Assembly: GCA_965203295.1 (NCBI GenBank)
Contig: CBDBCZ010000018.1
Location: forward strand, 2,240,001 to 2,304,000
Reading direction: 5' to 3'
DNA: 64,000 nucleotides
DNA from: Nitrospirales bacterium
Lineage (GTDB): Bacteria; Nitrospirota; Nitrospiria; Nitrospirales; UBA8639
This document shows, piece by piece, positions 50,700 to 63,969 of this stretch. How positions within the stretch are numbered: the stretch's first letter is position 1; the number at the start of each line of letters is the position of its first letter. Position numbers and translations under genes: made by a program. The notes below the pieces were generated by a model. The model was not told where the DNA came from. It saw nothing but the letters and a program-made list of their open reading frames with translations, and searched no databases.

Positions 50700-51142
50700 T
50701 ATCGCTGTGTAGCTGAGGTTGTGCTTATTTCACTACACCCTTTTCAATGGGCTTGCTGGTAAAGATACTTTAATTATTTCTTTAGTTGAGGAAAGAGGAA
50801 GAAAAGCTGTTGGGTGAATGTGAGGCAAGATGGCTCCAGCAGAAAGAGGAGGAAGCTATGCTGAAGATGAATACCACATAAAGTATTTACTGTGAGTAGG
50901 CTACTTGATGTTAGTAGACTGTGTCCACCATCACTGCGTAGCTGAAGTTTTGCTCATTTCACTGCACCCTTTTCCATGGACTTGCTGGTAAAGATACTAT
51001 GTTGCACCGAGTGTTTAAATCATTCCTTTAGCCGAGGAAAGAGAAAGAGAAGGACAACATGTTGGGTAAACCTGAAGCAAAACAGCTCGTACAGGAAGAG
51101 GATGAAGCTATGCTGAAGGCAAATCCAGATGAAAACCACAGA
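50700..51142. repeat. Diverged tandem duplication with ~230-bp period
   Basis: TAGCTGA.GTT.TGCT.ATTTCACT.CACCCTTTTC...CTTGCTGGTAAAGATACT and GAAGCTATGCTGAAG each occur twice. Confidence 0.75.
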
Positions 51143-52978
51143 ATACAAGATTTTACTTACCTCTTCCAAGGATTATTAATTAACAGTACCTTTCACAGCA
51201 CCCACTTGTAGGATGCAACGTTCACTAACAGCAAGTGTTAGTGGAAGCTCAAGTATACAAATGAACTGAATTTTTCTGATCAGTATGTTCTCAGAAATAG
51301 GCTGGATGTTTTGCAGATAGAATTACAAGTTGGTGAACTATCAGAAAAGATGGATCGAGTGAGAAAGAGCAAATCAAAAATCTTCATTCCTGAACTTCCA
51401 TTAAAATGGCAGGGCTCATACGTGATGAGTAGTTGCATCCGATGAAGGGTTAGCTGCTGTATTTACACAGTGTGCTTGAGCCCTGCCCTTAAGTTACGGG
51501 ATACTGGTGCGGTTTTATCTTAATCAGTAGTGAATCAACAGTGAATAAAAAGCTGGTAAGTAGAGCCTGGGAACGAGGCTATATGTTTGCAACTATAGGT
51601 CCTAGAGCCACGAACATTTATTCATGGATACTGGTTGTGTACTCAGTACAAAAAGCTTGCCTGTGAGCCCCTCCCTTGTTTAGACAGCGCTAATGGAAGT
51701 TTCGGCTGTTCACAATAATTTTTCTCGCCAAATTCGCTGAAGCCACTGCCATATATACATACATACATACGCACCTTCTGCACATGTTTAGTCTATAGCC
51801 CAGGATAATGTATGCAGATCACTACAAATTAACAACCATACGGCTGCAAATGCCGAAACGCATGGGAGCTGCAAATGCGAAAATTAATGTGAATTTAGTT
51901 AATGCAAGTCTTAGATTGTTCTCTGGAGTTATATATAGCAGTTTCCTGGTGTTCCTGATGTTCCTTCTGTTCCTTGCTGTTCCCTGGTGTTCCTGCTGTT
52001 CCCTGTTGTTCCTGAAAGTGTACGAACAAGGGTCGATGTATACATGTAACACTTGATGTTTTTGTTTGATGACCTTTTCCATTTAGCATCACACCTGAAG
52101 GTTGGCTGCAAGTGTTTATCTTGAATGCATTACACCGAACAGAGGTGCAGGTATACTCATACCAGTGTCTACAGTATGTGATGTCCTCATTTGTAGCCGT
52201 GCATAATAACAATTATTATGGTAATGTGCACAGCAATGCTGGTTAGCTATATGGCAGTAATTCTCCATGGAGCTGGTTGAGTAGCTTTGTGCCCAGGCTC
52301 TTGCAAGGGAGGAGTTTACTTTCCACCCCACAAGAGGCTATGTCATTCAGTCTATTTCCAAGCTCTAAATCACGCAGTTATTTTGTGCTGTAAGGGTTGC
52401 TGTGCATATGCTTAAAGGGTGAAGATGGTCGATGTCCGGGCTTGTCATATATAGGGAAGAGGACTAGGGGATGGATTCCTATTGTGCCAAGCCCAATAAA
52501 CACAAGAACTAGGGCTAGACTGAAACATGCGTAGCTAGTTATTTTCTGTTGTACTTTGCATTATCCTTGGCTCTCTGGTGTGTTGTGCTCTTGGGCTAGT
52601 CTCATAGGCCAAAAGTGGCCCGCTGCCCTTATTAGCGAGACATTAAAAGTTTATCTATCTATCTATATGCAACCAAAAACAATAAGGCACGCTAATAGCT
52701 CCTCATGTACAGCTTATTTACAGCCACATGTATAAGATAACATGGGGTAATTCCGGTCAAACTTTAGCATTTGGAAAAGGCAAGGGCATCGCTCCGCCAC
52801 GATTTCAAACTAAATTCTAGAAGCACTCAGTTTTAGACCAATTACATCGCTAGAACTATCCATTTAATTGTGCCTAGGTCTCCGCCCAGAGGAGGTTGGA
52901 AGCGATCACGTGTACGCCAATAAACGCATAATGTCACGTAGCTAATAGCGTTCCATTGAGAAGAATACAGAAGGTATG

Positions 52979-53389
52979 TAGGCATGAGGAAATTATGCTC
53001 AAAACTTACTCCATTATGCTTCTCTTCAATGCTTGCAAACCTAACTAAATTTTTCTTTCAAAGTAATCCCATTATGCTCCATTATGCTCAGCTGCATGAC
53101 TGACATGGACATCACAAACAAGACCAAAAACAGTTAGAATATGCACCAATGCAAATATGGCCAAAGCCATATTATCATTGCTGGTAGTACTACAACATAA
53201 TAAATGTTTCAATATAATCATGCAGACAAATATTCTGCTGGCTTCCAAAAAAAAAACATTTTGTACATGCAAAGGATGGCTGCACAAGGAAGACTAAGAC
53301 CGTATACATTATTTTGGCCTATTATTCCGGAATTATGCTTGACTCTTACGTGAACCTATTATGTTTCCGGCATAATTTCCTCATGCCTA
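52979..53389. mobile_element. hAT-type MITE with 8-bp TSD AAGGTATG
   Basis: Perfect 20-bp TIR TAGGCATGAGGAAATTATGC; TSD at 52971-52978 and 53390-53397. Confidence 0.9.
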
Positions 53390-54728
53390 AAGGTATGTAG
53401 AGGTTTACGGTATCTGGCTTACAAAACGTTTTGTCATAGATAATAGAGCTCTATTATCAATGGTTTTGTAGTTCTACAACCTTCGAGGGGACAGGTGGGG
53501 ACGCCCCCTCAAAAACTCTGGCTTGCAAGTATGGAGCTGTGCTGCAGAAGATTGCATGGGCTTGAATGCATCGAATTCTCAGTGAGGTTACAAAAATTTC
53601 GTAAAGCTATGCAGGAGCGCATCCCGCTACCATATCATAGCTCAGGAGCGCATCGAGCCGACGAACTACCATATCACCGGCGAACTACCTATGATATGGT
53701 AGCGGTTTAGTTAGGCTATATTATCGGTTTTACCACTCAGATTCAGACTAATTCACTTTGAAAACTACTAAACTTACACAAGATCACTCAAGCAGCAGCT
53801 ATCATTGCTCCTCTCTGCCCGAGACGTTTTCTATACATCATCAGCCGTCATAGCTCGGTCATAGCATAGATAATAGAGCACGTAACGTGCTCTATTATCT
53901 ACGGTCATAGCTAATTGCATTCTACTATTAGCGCACGTGATCGCCTGCAACCTCCTCTGGTCTCCGCCTACGAAAAATCAATTCTCCGGGTATTTCCGGT
54001 CAAAGCTAAAACGCGTGTTTGCAGTGCGAGAAGATGTTTTGCGTCAGTTTGGCCTAGTGATTATAGTATTACATCACTAAGCGGTGTGAATATCCGGATA
54101 CTACAACCGTTTAGTGATGCAACCAATCACATCGCCAGTCCAGATCTGGGACTGCTGACGTAATGCTGCCCCAACTTTGAATATGCGGGGAGCCAGGCCC
54201 ACCTTCCGAACGTGGGGCTGAGCGACGGGCTGGGCCCGTGAAACTATTTACTTACATGCAAACTCCAGTGTTCAAAATATATAGTGGTATTTTTTTGTCT
54301 CACCTGAGTGGTCGTCTTGTAGTGTATTGTATGGTACTGCAAACTGTTTTGCTGCACTTCTGAGGCTCATCCCTTCTTGTACTGCCTTGAGGGCTGCCGG
54401 AATGGCCTAAGGGCGATTAGTTTAAGCTTTGTAGGCATGATGGAGGCTGATCATTTCCCGCCAAAGCGCTCCGTTTTTTTTTGGTCATGCACAAATTTTT
54501 GTTAATTAAACTTCCGTGACATCCCACCCGACACTTCAAATGCAGACTCGCCCCGTGGGGTACAGGAAGGGAAACATCAGCCCCCTACCAGCAGTGTAAG
54601 CCTACAATATTTGCTGATATGCCTAAAGGTTCCGAAGTAGTTTAATAGCGATTGTACTTTTGCTACATAGACGCTCGTGAGTAAAGTTGTGTGCTGCCGA
54701 GGTGGGTGGAGCTCAGCCAACTGCAGAG

Positions 54729-56710
54729 TAGGGCTGAGCCTATCATGCTCAAGAAATACCCTATTATGCTATGCTGCACTGCTCCAAAAATATTCCTACT
54801 AGTTATAATAAAGATCATTGAGGGGGCGAGCCGGAGCGAGGTATAGTGATTATGATATGCTTGGTGGTTGTATAGTTGTCGATTTAATCATTAACAGCAG
54901 CGCTTGAATATTAAATTTAAATGACACAAGTAAGGCCAGGAAGGCCCATAGGATCATGGACATGATATATCAGTTAAGGGACAGACGGTCAGCTCTGGTA
55001 CAATAACTCTGGTTAAAAAAATTGGCTAACAAACAAATAAGGATGGGGTCCCGAGACGACATGATGAGTGAGAACCTATCTAAAGAATCCATTGAATGGG
55101 AAGAGGGATTCAAGATAGAACAGCGCTATCATATTAGTGGTTGTACAGGAAAAACAATTCAGAGTAGGTTCAAAAATCGTTGAAGTTTGTGTGTTGGCAG
55201 AGATAGGTTGATACAACAGTTATTGAAAGACTTGGCATTACTCAGGAAAGGAGCTTCACCATTGCCATTCTCACTCAGAGCCTTTTTCTTTGTAACCTCC
55301 AATAAAGGAAAGTACAGGTACCCTGGAACGGGATTGAAACTTTTACGGGTCCACAAGCAGGGAGTTTCTGTGAGACTTCGAATTATTCAGAAAGTCGACA
55401 AAATATAGCAGCGTCAGAGTCACTAAGCTATTCCACTCCAAATATGAGGTTGAAGAAGCGGTCAGGGTTGCAGGCTAGATCCAGAAGGGCCTCCTTAACA
55501 GAGGGAGGGGCTTCCTTGAGCAGAGCAGCTCAACATTCCTGTAGGGCGGGGCAGAAGGCAACGAATTGGAGGGAATCCTCCAGAGGAACCTCACATAGTT
55601 TACACGAAGGATCGTTGGGGGAGCACCCGTTCCGCCTCTGCCTGAAGCGACTTGCATCCGCCTTTAGACCATCACAACCAGTGAGGAGACGTATGCGGAA
55701 ATTACTATTGCGGGTCTTCTTGGTATTCGTAAGGGTGAGGGCCCAATGGGGGGCAGGCTTCCCAAGAGGGAGGTTGCACGAACCAATCGGAAGGAGTGGA
55801 CAATCCACGCTGAGCGACAAATTTGAATGAAATTGGGAAGTCGCTTGGTAGCAAGCTTCCAACTGTCATGTGTCCGCTGATTGGTATACACCGGGATGCA
55901 ACCAGAAGTCGGGTTACAGCTGACCCGGTGTTCCAGAAGCCTCCGGGGTACGGCAGGAGAGGCTGCGAGAACCAAGGAGATTACACAGAGCAGATAACGG
56001 GCATCTAGTAGGCAATCCTTGGACTGTGCAGAGAATCTTTGAGTGGACTTTCTCCAAAGTAAAGTAGCTCAGTTTTGGTGATAGACCATAGCTCTGACCC
56101 AGATAGGGTGAGGGAGCCACGCGTCAAGCGCCCCTCCTGTGCCATTGGCGAGTCGTTTAATCATCTACGCCCCACCTGCAACCTTCTCTCCCTCTCCTCT
56201 GCAGTTTTCAACCTTCTTTTTTCCCTGTAACGCAACCGATGCCGTTCTAAAGCAAGCTGTCTTCATCTCCGCAAGCCGAAAGTACGAAAGCGTGGTCGGC
56301 CGCTCGAACCATGCACACGTACAAACGTACAAACGCACAGAAATTGGCATTCGGTTCACTAGGATTGGGGCTCGCTCCGGCTCGCCCCAATTATGCTCAA
56401 CAAATGTCCCTATTGTACTCAAATTATGCTCATTGTGACCCTCGTAGCGAAACCTACCATAAACTCCAAGTATGCGTGGGTGGATAATCGGTGGTGCATA
56501 TTTTCATAATTTCTAGCATGTTCACTGCTATTGGACCACTCCCCTACAAGGTCTGACAGTAAGAGATTGGTAGCTTGCTAAGTTTCCGCTACACATTAAT
56601 TAAGTGACCTAATTTCTCCCAAGAATCTACCTATTATGCTTGCATTATGCTCAGTGCTTCTGCATACCTATTATGCTCATTTTAATGCTGGCATAATCGG
56701 CTCACCCTTA
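54729..56710. mobile_element. hAT-type MITE with 8-bp TSD CTGCAGAG, carrying nested inserts
   Basis: TIR TAGGGCTGAGCC..ATGC / GCATAATCGGCTCACCCTTA; TSD at 54721-54728 and 56711-56718; ATTATGC subterminal repeats. Confidence 0.8.
55400..56080 (-). mobile_element. 3' fragment of a non-LTR retrotransposon ORF2
   Basis: LEKVHSKILCTVQGLP.RCP and FRIRLLTGCDGL...CKLCEVPLEDSLQFVAFCPAL (C-terminal zinc-knuckle-like region); frameshifted. Confidence 0.7.
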
Positions 56711-57449
56711 CTGCAGAGGGAAAAAGCTGCTGATTCTGCGAAGTGCACGAAGTAATGTGGATACAACTGCACTTTCAGTACAAGTAGTACTTACTCTCAC
56801 TGCCACATAAGCGGGACTTCCAAAGAATCTATGTTCTGTATTTGGTAGTGGCTACCGTGCGAGACTGACTGGAATTACCCCGTGACCAAAAACACCCCGC
56901 GCTACCTTATATTGATAGTGTGAATCTCAGAATGCTGAAAGGCAGTATATACTAGGTATAGCATGTATGAACAGTACTTAAGAGGGGCCAGAGTAAATGC
57001 CTGCCCATCCTATGTGAACAAATGGTGATTTACATGTATGCATCACAGTCCTCTATTCTGTATGTGTGTTTAGGTGGCAACAGCCAAGCAGTCTTATTAT
57101 GCGTCTTGAAAAGCATGGAGCTTACGGAAACTTCACCCCACCCTTTTCAAGTGAAATGATGTACACCTGACTCATTTACCAATCTTGAAAGCATGCACTG
57201 CCCACTTTCTGTTCCTTTGTTCATTATCGTTGTTTACCCAAAATCTGTACACCTAGGGGTGTGCTCATCTTGTTAATAACAAAGAAATATGTGTCACAGG
57301 CAACATCATACATGTACATGTACATATCCTGCAAAGTTAATCACAAGTTACTCATTATTACATTGTAGCTACTACTACATAGTCAGTTCCTGCGGAGGAG
57401 AAAAATATTGTATGAATGTCACCATTAACTCATTGCATGCGACAACAAT

Positions 57450-59095
57450 TTACATGTGAAATTAGCCTACGCGTCATAATTATCAATTAACGCGCACTAA
57501 GCATTTCCGTGTAGCGTTTGGCTATTTTTTCGCTAACCGGGTCAAAGAATCGGCAGATTCCCTGTTGTTTTTCTTTGAAGACTATCAGCCACAGCTATTC
57601 AGCACAAAAAGGGCCATGGATTGGATCATCAAAGCTTCTTCAGGATCGATCACACGGTTCACGGTAAATTTCCAATACGGCAACGTTGAAAATGAGTTGA
57701 AAACAAAGTCTGTGCACACTGGCAATAAAGCAAGATGGTCCAACAGACTCCCTGACTCTTTCCAGAAGCAAGATTGCTGAAGCTACCACTGACAGTGACT
57801 GTAGAGTCCGAATAACTGCGTAGCAATGTAGCTAGCCATAGTTAGCGATCGTTAATTGGCTGCCAATTTTGCTGTGCATGAGCCGCTATTTTACAAACCT
57901 TTGTCTAGTTTCGGTACAATTACATCACAAAGGTGTGGCTAAAGAAGCCATAGCCACGAGGGAGGGACTTCCCCTTCGCTAAGGGCCGGTAAACGCGAGC
58001 AAGTGTATGAACGCCTATATATAGGCGCTCCGCGTAGACTAATTATACTACGTACGCCTATATATAGGCGCACCGCGTGCAATGAATTAATATGAAAGAA
58101 ACCCTCAAGTAACACTAATGTCTCCACATACCTTAACAGCTAGACAACAGAAGAGCAGTCAGGGCACCTAATACCGTAGGACTGGTTTTAATTGTATCAT
58201 TGGGTTTGGTGTTTTGAACGTAATTTGCATATTTTATAATTGCATTATTGAGTGTACGTACATGTATACGTGTGGGTACTGCGTAACGCGTAATTGTGTT
58301 CTAATTTTAATGAGCTTCAAAAAAAATTGCGTTCACGTTTATTAGCAATTAAACCCGGTATTACGGTAGTAACTGCGCTTACAGTACACAAGAGAACCAG
58401 CAAAACTGCACCATGTGAGCAGTTTCAGAGCACAATCACTGAGCCCCAAGTGCACACCTACTTCAGCTCATTAGTATGGGTTAGACTGAGTACAGCAACA
58501 TATGTAATAGTTAGACAGTGAAACTGAGGTTTCTTAGTTGTATAGTGAGTGCACTTGTGGGCTTCAGTAGTAGCTAAAGCCAGACAGTAATTGACTGAGG
58601 TGGAGTGGAGGACAATTACTGCCTGGCAGCCCACAAGTGCACAATACAACTAAGGAAGGGAAGTTTCACTGGCTAACTGTTTTAGAAAATTTAAGCAGCC
58701 TGATGTGTCCCAAACCCCAAGTTCTCTGACTCAGAGTTCCAAGAAGCTCAAACTAAACCATGTGTCTACTGTGAAGCCAGAAAAGCCTATTCCCCTTGAT
58801 ACCAAGCAGCCAATTTTTCAGATTTCAGGAGGTAGCAGCAACATTACCATTAAACATTAACTCCAAAAACTAAACTTTTCTGACTGCTATTGTTTGTTTT
58901 GCACATGTTTTGTATTGTTTGGCATACTTTGTATTGCTATTTTGTAAAGCTGTGCTTGTTTACTATGATTTGTATCATTTCATATGGCAGGTCATTAAAT
59001 GGTTAGTGACCTCTCAGCAGGTCACTAACCCAGTAAGAAATCTGGTAGTGAGTTACTAGGCTGGTCAAGTACCTCATTAGCGGTATGCACATCAA
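57450..59095 (+). mobile_element. Probable decayed Crypton (tyrosine-recombinase transposon) remnant
   Basis: Removing the MITE at 58172-58368 joins EQSGH.. to VTALTVHKRTS, resembling the YR catalytic box (TGHRS..AL..YER). There is also a C-terminal IFQISGGSSNITI tail (58810-58852) and a terminal hairpin GGTTAGTGACCT..AGGTCACTAACC. Confidence 0.4.
58172..58368. mobile_element. MITE (TA target) inserted in the putative Crypton remnant
   Basis: TACCGTAGGACTGGTTTTAATTG...CAATTAAACCCGGTATTACGGTA. Confidence 0.7.
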
Positions 59096-59267
59096 AGTGT
59101 GAATATTCATAACTTTACTAATCACCCTTAAACTGCATTAATTAAATACTCATTCACTGAGTAGGTACAGCAGACTTCTCAGCTTGGTCGACTTCAAGTG
59201 CTAGCTGAGGACTTCCGCACATTTTGAGGTGTTGGAGTTGCACAACAACTTAGCATTAGCAGTTAGG

Positions 59268-60094
59268 ATAACCTCAAACCCAGCCGTCCCAGCTTTTTTT
59301 CGCTTGCAGGGAGAAAAAGCGGAACGCCTGGGAACACTTATCACGTGATATGACGTAAAGGTAGAACCAAGGGTAGAACCGACTTAATTGCATGTGGGGT
59401 GCACGGCCGCAAGATGGCAACCGAGCTCAGCTTGCCCACGCAAACGGGCACTACTCGTACGCTTAGTAACAGCGCTCAATTTCATGTGTTCCTGTAAGAA
59501 AGACATACCTTTGTCACTCGTACAAGATACTGGACCCGTGAAGGCGGTGCAAGATATCCATTCTCTACTGACCGTCTGGCTCGCGAGACTATGATCGTTC
59601 TCATCACTAATACACTTGTCAAGCATGCACGCGTACTAAATAGCTACCCTCTCGCATAGCTAACAAGATAACTAAATACACTGAGCTGCCTGTAGGGACA
59701 GCACCACTGGTAAAACCATGTACCACCACTGCAAAAAATTATGACAACACTGAAGAAAAGCAAAAATAGAACAATGACATCATGCAGCGTGGTCACCAAT
59801 TTGGAGAAGTACTGCCTCTGGAGACGCTGGAGCTTGTTCACGTAACTTGTTGATTCGATTCGTAGTCGTTGCACTACCATCTGTAGCTGTAAAGCGCAAA
59901 TAGTTCGCTGTCCGGACACCCAGGTAAAGCGTGCTAAAATAAGGCATTAATTTAGCGCGGGTTGCTTATCGCTTGCGGTTACTCCTGCCCACGTTCAATT
60001 AAAGTTACGTATTATCATGTGATAAGTGTTCCCAGGCGTTCCGCTTTTTCTTCCTGCAAGAGAAAAAAAGCTGGGACGGCTGGGTTCGAGGCTA
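59268..60094. mobile_element. MITE with ~75-bp TIRs (TAGCCTCG family)
   Basis: AACCCAGCCGTCCCAGCTTTTTTTC..GGAACGCCTGGGAACACTTATCAC is mirrored at 60018-60094. Confidence 0.85.
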
Positions 60095-60857
60095 CAGTTA
60101 GGAAGTAAAACAGCATACAAAATGATGCTAAGTTGCCGAGCGCAGAGAGGACAAGTCTGACATTTCATGTCTAAAAACCAGCCGGGCACCTTTCCCATAC
60201 ATTACAATAGGTTACACACAGCTCAGCTTAGGCCAAGCTAACCGCAGCTGTAGAACTACGTAACTATACTACACTATAGTCACGTTCCCAGACCTACAAA
60301 TTATAGGCATTCTGTAGAGACAATGCAGTACAGTGAAAGTGCTGACTCAGCAGTTTCGTCGTGCACTTCAAGTTAGTAGCTATATGTCACCAAAACAGGA
60401 TCTTTACGGCTGCCTACCAAGTTTTCGCCATCTAGGCAACTCACAACTACCTTTGTTTGCTGTAGCTTAGCCTGTAAACCTCCAAAAGCTGCTATACACT
60501 GCAGTTGCATAGTAACGTATGACGTAACATATAGCGCACGTAATAAGTGCAGACGCACAAACAGACAGACAAACAAACAAACAAACACGGAAAACGTAAA
60601 GCAATCTTAGGACTAGCCGTTCACGCGCTTGCGCGCGCTCTGGCTGGTAATAAACGTCCCCGATGGGCTCCAAATCTCAGCTATATAGTGTTTACATAAT
60701 TACATATATGTCCCTCACATTTCGGACCCATGCAGGCACCCTAGGATCAAAGATGGTGTCCCTGTAAGTACCATTTCCAAATTTGTGGCACACAAAGAGT
60801 CAGAGATCAGGACAAGTCTCTCACGTATGTAGTTTTACCAATGGAAGCTTAATCAGT

Positions 60858-62903
60858 GCAGCTGCACAATTAGTAGAGCAATGTATGTGTAGACGCTGTT
60901 GCTGGCTGGTCTGAGTTTGTCAAGCCAGAGCTGGCTGCTAGTCAGTGGTGGTATAAGCTTTGGCTTGAAGCGGGCTCCCCATCTGCTGGTGTTCTTTTTC
61001 AACTCAAAAAGCGTGCGCACCGTAGATATAAGTACGCCGTTCGTCGGGTTAGAAGGAGAGCTGAGCATATTAAATGCGATAGGTTGGCTGAAGCAATGCT
61101 CAATGACCCTAATCGTGGTTTCTGGTCTGAAGCTTGTCGGTTTTTCAGTAAGCGTTCTGTGTCTTCTGCTCCTGTGGTTGATGGTGTTTCTGGTGTGGAT
61201 GACATTGCTAAACTTTGGGGTGACAGGTTCAAGGAGCTGTATAATACTGCATTAGACTCAATCTCCAGTGAGCTGCTTCTTAGTCTTGACTCTAGCACTA
61301 CCTTGGCTGACATTGAGCAGATATCTTTTTCTTTTCAAACTGTCCAGGAGGCTATTGGTAAGCTGAAGCGTGGCAAATCCGATGGTGGGCCACTGGTCTC
61401 CGACCACATTGTAGAAACACCTGTTCCAATCTGTCATTTTCTTGCCCGCTTGTTTACCTCGGTGCTCAGGCATGGCTTTATGCCGGCTGCATTTCGTGAT
61501 GCCACGATCTAGCCGATCCCTAAGGGCTCCAAGGACCCCTCTGTGTCTTCCAACTATCGAGGAATTGCTCTTGCGTCCTCCCTCAGTAAGGTTCTGGAAT
61601 GGTCGATTCTTCTTTCTTGGAGTCAGTTCTTTACTACTAGTGATCTTCAGTTTGGATTTAAATCTGGATTCTCTACTACATTGTGCACGGGCGTGTTAAA
61701 AGCTGTCATTAATCGGTCTCTGAATGGTGGGTCAAAAGTATATGCTTGTTTAATCGATGCCTCTAAAGCCTTTGATCTTGTTGACCACGGAATTCTGTTT
61801 AATAAATTGCTCGATAGAAACATGCCAAAACCTCTCGTCCGGTTCTTTCTGAGGTGGTACAAGACTCAGCACCTGCGAATACGCTGGCAGGGTAAATCTT
61901 CTGGCTGCTTTCAGGTATCGAACGGGGTACGCCAAGGCGGTGTTCTGAGTCCTATCCTGTTTACTATCTATGTTGATAGTCTGCTAGAATCGCTTCGTGC
62001 CTGTGGGCGAGGATGCTATTGGGAGGATCACTTCTTTAATGCACTGTGCTACGCTGATGATCTCACTATCCTTGCTCCCTGTCCTGGTGCTCTTAGGAAG
62101 ATGTTGACACATCGTGAAGAGTTCGCTGAGTCACATGGTGTTTGTTTTAATGCCTCTAAAACGCAACTGATCTGTTTTAGGCGTACATCTCAACCAGACC
62201 GTTCATGTTTTGGTTTTGTGGTCAATTCTTACCGGTAGTTGACTCGGTGCTTCATCTCGGCAATACTTTGCATTTCGACCTCTCGGATAAGCTTGATGTT
62301 CAACGCAAGTTAATGGCATTTATCCGGCAAGCCAATTCTGTTTTGTATTGTTTTAGAGCCACCGATCCTCTAACTAAGATGAGGTTGTTTCATGCATACT
62401 GTCTCTCCCTTTACGGTTGTTCTCTGCGGAGACTAGATTGTCCTGCTTTGCGTTCGCTTGGTGTTACCTTCAATCAGGTGATTAGAAGAATATGGCATCT
62501 TCCTCGAAACTGTCACACTGCTATTGTCCACTCAGTTGGGTTAATTTCTAGTATCTTCAACATTGTGCTTGCCAGATTTAGTAAGTTTTTTTCGTCTGCC
62601 GTGTCACATTCCTCTCCTCTTGTTCGTTCGGTGTTTGTTGTTAACTCGCAATCTTGTAATTCACACTTCATTGGTATAATGTTTTGTTCGGTAGTCGTCA
62701 CTGCAAGTCCTACTCTTCTGATGATGTTGCCATGGGTCACCTTATTAGAGAAATTCGCAGCACACACTATCACATCCCGAATTTCGGTCTTCCTGAGCTG
62801 AATGCTATTGTTTTGTCTGTTTGTACTTCATAATCTATTATTCTGCATGTTCTTTTAGTTACTTGTGTTGTACCTTTATTGGTATGTCTGCCATAATAAT
62901 AAT
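60858..62903 (+). mobile_element. 5'-truncated non-LTR retrotransposon (RT region to 3' (TAA)n tail), disabled
   Basis: Motifs SNYRGIAL, LQFGFK.GFST, IDASKAFD, GVRQGGVLSP, YADDL, FNASKT, HLGN. Stop at 61510-61512, frameshift near 62210, ATAATAATAATA tail at 62893-62903. Confidence 0.9.
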
Positions 62904-63396
62904 ACCGTAAAGTACATATTATCCGCCCATGCACTTAAGTGCAAGCTGAAAGAGGGGGGTGAGCGGATAATACGTAGTTTTTATAAATGCGATGTAGTAT
63001 CCGCCCACTCGAACGCATTCCAAACGCGCGGTATACAAAGCGAGTATACAAGGTAAGTATAGCTTTTCTAGGCAAGTACCGCACCACAGTGAATGGAAAT
63101 TGTGTTGAACTAGCTATTATGGAAGCATGCAGACTACTATTAGCAGCTAAAAAGCGAAGTGGCTGACGGACTTGACGTCGGTATTCCAATTAAAGCGCAC
63201 TGAAGATCGAGTTTTGTCGTTTAATTCGGCTCGTTGTCTTGGAATTTTCAGTTGTTAGTTACATGTTTAGCTCGCATGGATGGTATTTAAGGGTGGGCGG
63301 ATACTAAGTACATAAATACCCTCCGACGTAACTTTGACTCAAAAAGGGGGATGGGCGGATAATACATCATGGGCGGATAATACGTAGTTTACGGTA
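62903..63396. mobile_element. MITE with TACCGTAAA..TATTATCCGCCCA TIRs inserted at the LINE tail
   Basis: TACCGTAAAGTACATATTATCCGCCCATG / CATGGGCGGATAATACGTAGTTTACGGTA. Confidence 0.8.
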
Positions 63397-63602
63397 ATTA
63401 ATGATATATGGGTGCTGAAAATGGATGGCACAATTGTACTGTACATGATCGACAGACCAAGCAATGTTAACATGTTATAGGCACTACAGCTCGTCCTCTG
63501 CTGTCTTCGCAGCAGCTGTGGCCAATCCTTGAAAAAAAGTGGCAGATAGAGGCATCATTCACCTGGTTAGCGGTCGCTATAACAATAGTTGTACTAAACT
63601 GT

Positions 63603-63969
63603 TAGCCTCGTTCCCAGGCCCGCGACTTTTTCGGTTGCACGAAGGAAAGTCACAGGGCCTGGTAACTAAAGTCACGTGATCAACTACGTCATAATCCACT
63701 TCGAAAGACGGCTGCGTTTCTCTACATTTTACCAGAGACTTTCTTTCAGCGGTAAGTCTATGGTACAAACGGGCTATAAAGAAAAGCTAAAAGAAGTGTA
63801 GACTCGCTACCTTCAATCGTTGTCTGAAAATTGCACGTGTACTCGCCCACGCTCATAATTACCTTTCTACTACCTTTCTACTCTTGGCCTCGTGCACGTG
63901 ACTTTAGATCCCAGGCCCTGTGACATCTTTCGTGCAACCGAAAATGGTGCGGGCCTGGGAACGAGGCTA
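63603..63969. mobile_element. MITE of the TAGCCTCG/CGAGGCTA family
   Basis: TAGCCTCGTTCCCAGGCCCGC...GCGGGCCTGGGAACGAGGCTA with extended internal mirror. The flank TACTAAACTGT occurs on both sides (63592-63602, 63968-63978). Confidence 0.85.

Larger units (their letters stand above)
52741..56884. mobile_element. Large non-autonomous TIR element hosting nested insertions
   Basis: CATGGGGTAATTCCGGTCA at 52741 versus TGACTGGAATTACCCCGTG at 56866-56884 (17/19 inverted match). Confidence 0.6.

Noticed and set aside
48700..52340. Scattered short ORFs and exon-like pieces
   Set aside because: Multiple stops in all frames and no family motif recognised.
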